DNA from: Patescibacteria group bacterium
GTDB taxonomy: Bacteria > Patescibacteriota > Patescibacteriia > UBA9934
Assembly (NCBI GenBank): GCA_041660165.1
Contig: JBAZWW010000005.1
Span: forward strand, 16,191 to 80,190
Direction of reading: 5' to 3'
DNA length: 64,000 bases
The position numbers and the translations under genes are program-made. Each line of letters begins with the position of its first letter. Within the stretch, counting starts at the first letter, position 1. This document shows, piece after piece, positions 58,514 to 64,000 of the stretch. Below the pieces are notes generated by a model. That model was given only the letters and a program-made list of their open reading frames with translations. It searched no databases and had not been told where the DNA came from.

Positions 58514-58825
58514 ATGTACGCAGTAATTACCACTGGCGGTAAACAGTACCTTGTCAAAGAGGGCATGACCGTCCAGGTAGAGTTGATTGATTTGAAAGAG
58601 GGCGAAACCATCACTTTCCCAACCATGCTCGTTGCTAACGAGGATGGCTCTGAAGTAAAGGTAGGCAACCCGGAAGTAAAGGGCGTGTCTGTCACGGCTA
58701 AAATTGCTGAGCACGGCCGAGCCAAAAAGATTTCCGTTATCAAATATAAACCCAAGGTCCGCTACCGCCGTAACGTTGGTCACCGCCAGCCTTTCACGGT
58801 GCTGTTGATTGAAAAGATTGGGTAA
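58514..58825 (+). CDS. rplU: 50S ribosomal protein L21
   Basis: MYAVITTGGKQY..VKEG signature; 103 aa. Confidence 0.9.
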   Translation: MYAVITTGGKQYLVKEGMTVQVELIDLKEGETITFPTMLVANEDGSEVKVGNPEVKGVSVTAKIAEHGRAKKISVIKYKPKVRYRRNVGHRQPFTVLLIEKIG

Positions 58826-58917
58826 AGAACAGATTGACACAGATCAAGGCGCGGGACAGATTGAACACAGATATAAGAGCGAGTCCTCACGGGCTCGTTT
58901 TTGTTTTTTGCACCAGC

Positions 58918-59346
58918 ATGTTACTATCGGCGGGTATGGATTTACAGATTCCTGAACAAACACAGAAGCAATTAGAGAAACTGGGCGTTTCGGCCCTGTA
59001 CCTTTTTGGTTCCCGTGCGATGGGAGCGGAGGGCCCGTTGTCGGACTTCGATTTTGCGGTGTTGATGAATCATGCCGGCCATAGTCGAGGAGACAAGACA
59101 TACGATGCGCTGTACGATTTGCTGAGTCCGTTGTGTTCAAGGACACTCGAAAATGATGTGATAGACATTGTATTCCTGAGGGACGCTCCGCTTGAGCTCA
59201 AGGCGCATATTATTCGTTACGGAAAGATATTATTCGAATCGAACCCGCTCGAGCGCGGTCAATTTGAAGAAGAGACAACCCTTGAAGCTGCTGATTTCAG
59301 GCCACATCAAAACATCATTGATCAAACTATTCTTGCTTCGCTATGA
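58918..59346 (+). CDS. minimal nucleotidyltransferase (MntA-like antitoxin)
   Basis: GS-x9-DxD pattern: LFGSRAMGAEGPLSDFDFAVL. Confidence 0.65.
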   Translation: MLLSAGMDLQIPEQTQKQLEKLGVSALYLFGSRAMGAEGPLSDFDFAVLMNHAGHSRGDKTYDALYDLLSPLCSRTLENDVIDIVFLRDAPLELKAHIIRYGKILFESNPLERGQFEEETTLEAADFRPHQNIIDQTILASL

Positions 59347-59798
59347 ATTTACCTCTTGAAAAAGAAGCCATTTTACCTCGGCTAGACGGTATTCGGAAAA
59401 ATATCGCCAAATTACGATCGCTCGGAGAACTTCCGATAGAAAAGTTTGAGACCGGCGATGCGTTTGATCTGGCTCAACATCATCTCCGTCTTGCGCTTGA
59501 AGGCGTTTTCCATCTTGGTTCTCACATTTTGTCTCGTATCCCTGGCGGTCGCGCTGTTGAGTATTCGGGCATCGCTTTGAAGCTTGGCGAGTTGGGAATA
59601 GTCGATAAGAAATTCGCCAATGAGAAACTGGTACCGATGGCTAAGTTACGAAATCTTCTTGTTCATCAATACGCTGATATTAATCCCGTTCGTATTTACG
59701 GGATTACTCATGATTATTTGGGTGATATCGAGCTATTTTTGAAAGCAGTAGGTGAAGTTGTCGAGCATCCAGAAAAGTGGAATTTAACCATCGAATAA
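59343..59798 (+). CDS. HEPN-domain protein (HepT-like toxin, DUF86)
   Basis: Rx4-6H motif RNLLVHQY; 4-nt overlap with MNT gene. Confidence 0.6.
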   Translation: MNLPLEKEAILPRLDGIRKNIAKLRSLGELPIEKFETGDAFDLAQHHLRLALEGVFHLGSHILSRIPGGRAVEYSGIALKLGELGIVDKKFANEKLVPMAKLRNLLVHQYADINPVRIYGITHDYLGDIELFLKAVGEVVEHPEKWNLTIE

Positions 59799-59894
59799 GT
59801 TCCTCACTAAGGACGGGGCTGAAGGGCCTCGTTTTTTGAAAAAGATCACCCCTCCACACGCCAATTGGCGGGGAGGGGGTGCGCGTCTGAGCGG

Positions 59895-60611
59895 TTATTT
59901 GAGACGGCTGATTTCCGCGGCGGCTTCGACTCGCCGAGCGTATTCACGGAGCTCCGCGCGGTGATCGTTGATCCGCTGTATCCGCTCGTCAAACTGTTCG
60001 ATGAGTTTGTCCGAATCCTCGACTAGATCCACAGACGACCCGAGCGGGCCTTCATCCGACAGGCGGTTGAAGCGTTCTGCGGTGCCGTGCATGAACTCCT
60101 CATCCGTCCTGAGGCCGTCATGCATTTTCCGGATCTCGTCTTCTTGGAGTCGGCCGAGATCCACTTCATCAATCAGGCGATTCATCCGCTTTACGTCCCT
60201 GTCCCAGGCGACAATGGCCCCTAGCATACGGCGTAGTCCCGGCAGACGATCGTCCTTGACCTGCTCGCCAGGGAAGAGAGTGCGGACTGACCACAGGTAG
60301 CCATTGCTGAACAGGAGGGTGAAGAAGCACGCTCCTAACCAGGGAAATGCGCCTAGGCTAAAGATTATTGTTGACGTGATGAAGTATCCAGCGAGAAGGA
60401 GGAGGATCCCAAAGATGAGGGAACTAACCCCAAGGGCCGCAAGGGAAAGGAGCGCACCTATATAGAGCAGGAACCACACTTGGGCCAGTCTATAGTCTTT
60501 TTTTATGCGTGCCTCTTCTTTGTCTCCCCGCTCGATCTTTTTGGCCATCTTCTTCGCTTTCTTGTTGAAGGCGTTTGAGAGCGGTTCGAATTTCTTGAGG
60601 TTGGTAGCCAC
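59895..60611 (-). CDS. hypothetical membrane protein with C-terminal coiled-coil
   Basis: 2-3 TM then charged helical domain. Confidence 0.45.
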   Translation of the reverse strand: MATNLKKFEPLSNAFNKKAKKMAKKIERGDKEEARIKKDYRLAQVWFLLYIGALLSLAALGVSSLIFGILLLLAGYFITSTIIFSLGAFPWLGACFFTLLFSNGYLWSVRTLFPGEQVKDDRLPGLRRMLGAIVAWDRDVKRMNRLIDEVDLGRLQEDEIRKMHDGLRTDEEFMHGTAERFNRLSDEGPLGSSVDLVEDSDKLIEQFDERIQRINDHRAELREYARRVEAAAEISRLK

Positions 60612-60682
60612 GTGGCCTCCATGGTTAAGGAACGACTGGCTGATGACGGTACCGCTTGACTAGGAACAAGTCAATCACCCCT

Positions 60683-60716
60683 TCACGGTGCTGTTGATTG
60701 AGAAGATCGGGTAAAT
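60683..60716 (+). repeat. duplicate of the last 34 nt of rplU (incl. stop), preserving the encoded peptide PFTVLLIEKIG*
   Basis: 31/34 identity to 58792-58825; differences synonymous; followed by terminator GAGGCTAAAAAGCCTC + T-run. Confidence 0.6.
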
Positions 60717-60783
60717 CAGTCTGTGAACAAGAATGAGGCTAAAAAGCCTCGTTTTTGTTTGGGTTATGTTAAACTATGGCAAT

Positions 60784-61878
60784 ATGCCAAACACCTTGAA
60801 GGCCGCTGGTCTGATTGCATTTATTTGGAACCAGGGCAACCCGCCACCAAACACAGAGCCATTGCAGGAGTGGCAACAAGAACAAGTTAATGACGTACTT
60901 AAGACCGTGGATGCAGAGACGCCGTTTGTACAACGGCTTCTTGAGAGGGCTGACCCGCTTTTTGATCTTGAGCGCAAAGAACATGAGGATAACACGGTGC
61001 TTATAGGCCAGATCGGACAGCTTCAGACTGATGTGCACTATTATGCGGATCATGATCGTATCCGAGTTTTGGCTAGTTTGGAACGAGCAGAAAAAAATTC
61101 ATGGGGAGCCTATTTTGCAGAAGGTGGAATGCTGGGCCCGCATCGGGAGCGTGATTTTGAGGATTCTTGGATTGTGGTGGAGAAAAAACAGGATGATCCT
61201 GACTATATTTATATTGATGTGGGAGTGCTGATGCATGAAGCTGCGCATAATTATGCGCTTCACCATTATGGGTTGAAGAAAATGCATAATATGGGGATGC
61301 CGGAGACGTTGAAGAAGCGAGACGGCAGTTATCTGACGGAGAACCTCTATTCAATTGCAGAGAAGCTAACGCGCGTTGATAGTCCGCAAATGAGTGAAGC
61401 GTTTGGCCCTGAAGGTGCCAGGGGCACCATGAGGGCCCTATTTGATATAACGAGTTCAGGATATATCCAAGCAAGCTATATAGGCGGCGAGGAGGATATT
61501 ATTGATGAAAAAGCGCTTCAGAAGAAAGTGTCTTTTATTGCTGACAAGATGCTGACGGGGTATCAATTAACCCAAGAGCAGTGGGCAAGTGAGCGAGTAC
61601 AAACACTCAATGATGACACAACTAATTTTGGTGGAAAGCGAGCGAGTGAATTTGAGAATTCGGGCATGAATGATGTAGGGATTACTGCAGAAGAATTGCA
61701 GGAAGTACTTGAAGAATCTCCAGAACTTTTTAAACTTCGTAATCAGCATTTTTATGAAGAGTTTGAGAGATTAGAAAATCTTTTTCCTTACCAGTACGCT
61801 GAATGGAAAGAAGCTGTTCAGAAAAAAGAAAAAGACGCTGAACGAACAGGGGAGGTGAAGCCCGCGGGGAGGCGCTAG
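60784..61878 (+). CDS. hypothetical protein with HEXXH motif (putative Zn-metallopeptidase-like)
   Basis: VLMHEAAHNYALHH; longer ORF from 60733 would read through the upstream terminator hairpin. Confidence 0.4.
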   Translation: MPNTLKAAGLIAFIWNQGNPPPNTEPLQEWQQEQVNDVLKTVDAETPFVQRLLERADPLFDLERKEHEDNTVLIGQIGQLQTDVHYYADHDRIRVLASLERAEKNSWGAYFAEGGMLGPHRERDFEDSWIVVEKKQDDPDYIYIDVGVLMHEAAHNYALHHYGLKKMHNMGMPETLKKRDGSYLTENLYSIAEKLTRVDSPQMSEAFGPEGARGTMRALFDITSSGYIQASYIGGEEDIIDEKALQKKVSFIADKMLTGYQLTQEQWASERVQTLNDDTTNFGGKRASEFENSGMNDVGITAEELQEVLEESPELFKLRNQHFYEEFERLENLFPYQYAEWKEAVQKKEKDAERTGEVKPAGRR

Positions 61879-61955
61879 AAAAATACTGATTTTATATTGA
61901 CGTGCGATGAGAAATCTGCTTTACTGCTGTTCGCATTTTCAAAAGGGGGTGTGCC

Positions 61956-62360
61956 GTGGCGTCTTCACCATTTGAGGGTCCGCGGGAGCCCTGCGTCATG
62001 GGCTGTCCGCGGAAAGCGTTTCAAGACGGTTTGTGTACCGTGTGTTATTCGCGCCGAGTAACGGATCCCGGGGCTTTTGCGCATCTTCGGTTGGGCGTAG
62101 TGTCCGCGAAGGATCCCCTGGTACATATCTGTCGTGTTCCGTGGTGTCCACAGCTTTATCGGGCAAACGGTTATTGCCGAAGGCATAATCGAATGTGGAT
62201 CCAGGCGGGCAGGCCGGAAAAATGGGATCTCCCAATGCCTGAGAGACCGCTTTGCAGGTACCCTTCATGTCCAGAGCAGAGATCCATGAGGAGCAACCTA
62301 TGCTCACATCATCACGTCCAGTGGCGGAGGGCGGGCCGGCCGGAGAACTGGCCTCTGTGA
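61956..62360 (+). CDS. GC-rich Cys/His-rich protein with repeated C..C/H-R-R..W...GRPE.W motif
   Basis: two copies of ..C(R/S)(R/H)HN/H..W..AGRPE(K/N)W.LP; ~62% GC. Confidence 0.35.
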   Translation: MASSPFEGPREPCVMGCPRKAFQDGLCTVCYSRRVTDPGAFAHLRLGVVSAKDPLVHICRVPWCPQLYRANGYCRRHNRMWIQAGRPEKWDLPMPERPLCRYPSCPEQRSMRSNLCSHHHVQWRRAGRPENWPL

Positions 62361-62467
62361 AGAAGTTCGTCCGGGTGCGGACGCGTGCTGGCAGGCCGTT
62401 GCCGGCACTTTTTGTTTGCGTAAAACGGCAACACCCCTCCGCACCACGCTGGCGGGAGGGGGTACGA

Positions 62468-63082
62468 TTACGGCGGGAGAACGGCGGCGGCGTGCAAGAT
62501 GCTGTCTTTTTGCAGGCGCTTTTTGAGGGATTCCAGCCGGCCTGGTTTGAACCATGTCCGGCCGTCCACGTCGGGCTCCTTCGGATTTCCTCGGTTCGCG
62601 ATGAGAAATTCCGACATGGTTTCGCTCTTTGTTGAAATGGGCTTTTTGTACTCCCTGCCGTAGAGCTTTGGCGTCATGTTGAGCGCGTTCATGAACACGG
62701 GATCATCCCAGTATGGCGGACTCCAGCCTTCCTTGACGGGCCGAGTGTTTTGCGGGATGCCGAGTTTTTCTTCAAGCTCGGCAAGCACATCCGGGCGGTG
62801 GTGTTTGTGCCCGTTTCCGTAGTACAGAAAGTAGGCCTCGCCCACCAGAAGCACTCCGCGGATTTCCAGGTAGTTCGTTGTCCGTTTTGACAGCCCCGCG
62901 TCCGTGATGCGGAGCGAGAATTTTGCCAAGTGGTCCGCGCCGTTCGTGTTGACGGCGTTTGCCGGGCCGATTACGAATCGCCGAAGGGCGGTTTCCAGGA
63001 GCGTTATTTCGTCGCTCGACCGTATTCCGGACTTGATAATTCGGCGCGCATCAATCAGTAGACCGTTTAAGGCTATGGTCAT
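62468..63082 (-). CDS. hypothetical protein
   Basis: ORF only; start taken at internal Met to avoid overlap with recR. Confidence 0.4.
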   Translation of the reverse strand: MTIALNGLLIDARRIIKSGIRSSDEITLLETALRRFVIGPANAVNTNGADHLAKFSLRITDAGLSKRTTNYLEIRGVLLVGEAYFLYYGNGHKHHRPDVLAELEEKLGIPQNTRPVKEGWSPPYWDDPVFMNALNMTPKLYGREYKKPISTKSETMSEFLIANRGNPKEPDVDGRTWFKPGRLESLKKRLQKDSILHAAAVLPP

Positions 63083-63104
63083 GGTTTCCTCCGCGGGGAA
63101 ATTA

Positions 63105-63704
63105 TCAAGTTTCTGACCTTCCCGCAAGCGCGCTCGCCAGCGTTACTTCGTCTGCGTATTCGATATCCGCGCCCATGGGTAATCCCCTGGCTAAACGAGT
63201 AACTTTTTTGCCGAGACCTTTTAGCACTCGGCTAAGATATAAAATAGTGGTTTCGCCGTGAACGTCGGGAGAGAAGGCTAGGATCACCTCGGTGACGGGC
63301 GCATTATCCGTCAACCGAGCAACGAGCGGTTTGACGTGCAGGGTTTCGGGCGTGAAGCCGTCAATCGGATTGAGGACTCCGCCAAGGACGAAATACTTGC
63401 CTTTGTACATTCCCGTCGCCTCGATAGTTGCAATGTCGCGAGCCTCGGCCACCACGCACAGGACGTCTGCCGAGCGCTTGGGATCAGCGCAAATGTCGCA
63501 CACACTGCTTTCCGCGTAGGTGAAGCAGGTGGTGCAGGTGGCCACGCGTTTGAGGCTGTCTATACTGCGCGCCACAATGTCCAGTTCATCCTTGGACAAC
63601 CGCAACAATGAAAACGTATACCGAAGAGCGGTCTTCGGCCCCACGCCAGGAAGTCTGCCAAGCGCGGACATGGCATTATGGATGGGAGCGGGAAATTTGC
63701 GCAT
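63105..63704 (-). CDS. recR: recombination protein RecR
   Basis: HhH LPGVGPKTALR, C4 zinc finger CxxC..CxxC, Toprim domain. Confidence 0.9.
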   Translation of the reverse strand: MRKFPAPIHNAMSALGRLPGVGPKTALRYTFSLLRLSKDELDIVARSIDSLKRVATCTTCFTYAESSVCDICADPKRSADVLCVVAEARDIATIEATGMYKGKYFVLGGVLNPIDGFTPETLHVKPLVARLTDNAPVTEVILAFSPDVHGETTILYLSRVLKGLGKKVTRLARGLPMGADIEYADEVTLASALAGRSET

Positions 63705-63710
63705 GACAAA

Positions 63711-64000
63711 TTACGATCCCCCCATCCCTTTCATCATGTCTCCAATGGCGCCAAGTCCGCCCATGGCTTGCATCTTCTTCATGAGTTCGCCTTGAAGTTT
63801 TTTGTTCACGTCCGCCATGGCTTCTTTGACGCCTTGCTCAATCCGGGCTTTTTCTAGCCCATCTTCAATTGTGACGCCCATGACTTCATGACTGCCGTTC
63901 ATGGTGATCATCACCTTTCCGCCTGCGCCAGAACCAACGATCACGATCTCATCGAGCATGGCTTTCATCTTCTTGCTTTCATCACGCATGTCTTTGAACT
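63711..64000 (-). CDS. ybaB: nucleoid-associated protein YbaB/EbfC (5' part beyond window end)
   Basis: GGKVMITMNGSHEVMGVTIED pattern; classic ybaB-recR pair. Confidence 0.8.
   Translation of the reverse strand, partial: FKDMRDESKKMKAMLDEIVIVGSGAGGKVMITMNGSHEVMGVTIEDGLEKARIEQGVKEAMADVNKKLQGELMKKMQAMGGLGAIGDMMKGMGGS

Noticed and set aside
60733-60783. Upstream extension of the HEXXH gene (MRLKSLVFVWVML) as a signal peptide
   Set aside because: These codons are the terminator hairpin GAGGCTAAAAAGCCTC plus T-run read in frame, so the Met at 60784 is a more plausible start.

Overview
This is a gene-dense bacterial window, about 50% GC with short intergenic regions. It uses the standard genetic code: TGA terminates conserved genes such as pyrH. 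The gene content is typical of a reduced-genome Patescibacteria/CPR-like lineage, and no biosynthetic operons are present.

Recognisable genes on the + strand in the first 23 kb include:
- UMP kinase (pyrH) and tRNA-Trp(CCA).
- An intact Fic protein, an OmpR-type response regulator with its histidine kinase, and a HlyD/ABC/FtsX (MacAB-like) exporter.
- Two phosphoribosyltransferase-family genes, a dienelactone-hydrolase-like protein, Hsp20 and a rhodanese.
- A P-type ATPase.
- A sortase with two large LPXTG-type surface proteins.

Recognisable genes on the + strand from 23 kb onwards include:
- An MFS DHA2 pump and an ABC-F ATPase.
- HtrA, HU and an LCP-family protein.
- A SpoU methyltransferase and queuine tRNA-ribosyltransferase (tgt).
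- A membrane-anchored Clp/Hsp100 ATPase and a WecA/MraY-family transferase.
- Ribosomal protein L21 (rplU).

Recognisable genes on the - strand:
- HisRS.
- A run of small enzymes: a cupin, two Nudix hydrolases, an ASCH protein and a SEC-C protein.
- An SPFH protein, a GpsA-like dehydrogenase and ribosomal protein L28.
- recR and ybaB, the latter running off the right edge.

The features I consider most interesting are:
- A split rifampin-phosphotransferase/PEP-synthase-like module at 43.6-49.3 kb. It has one stand-alone ATP-grasp (PPDK_N) protein and three tandem paralogous proteins, each with a divergent N-terminal domain fused to a C-terminal phosphohistidine swivel domain. Beside it sit a SixA-like histidine phosphatase of anomalous GC and a Fic gene broken by an in-frame amber codon.
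- A sortase locus that carries a 49-aa stand-alone LPNTG sorting-signal peptide.
- An island of about 1.9 kb inserted at the 3' end of rplU. It is flanked by a 34-bp duplicated gene end and carries an MNT/HEPN pair.
- Several families of GC-rich palindromic MITE/REP-like elements. Two of these sit in frame inside genes (ABC-F, tgt), and one forms a perfect 28-bp inverted repeat pair 4.9 kb apart.

No CRISPR array, integrase or transposase was found.
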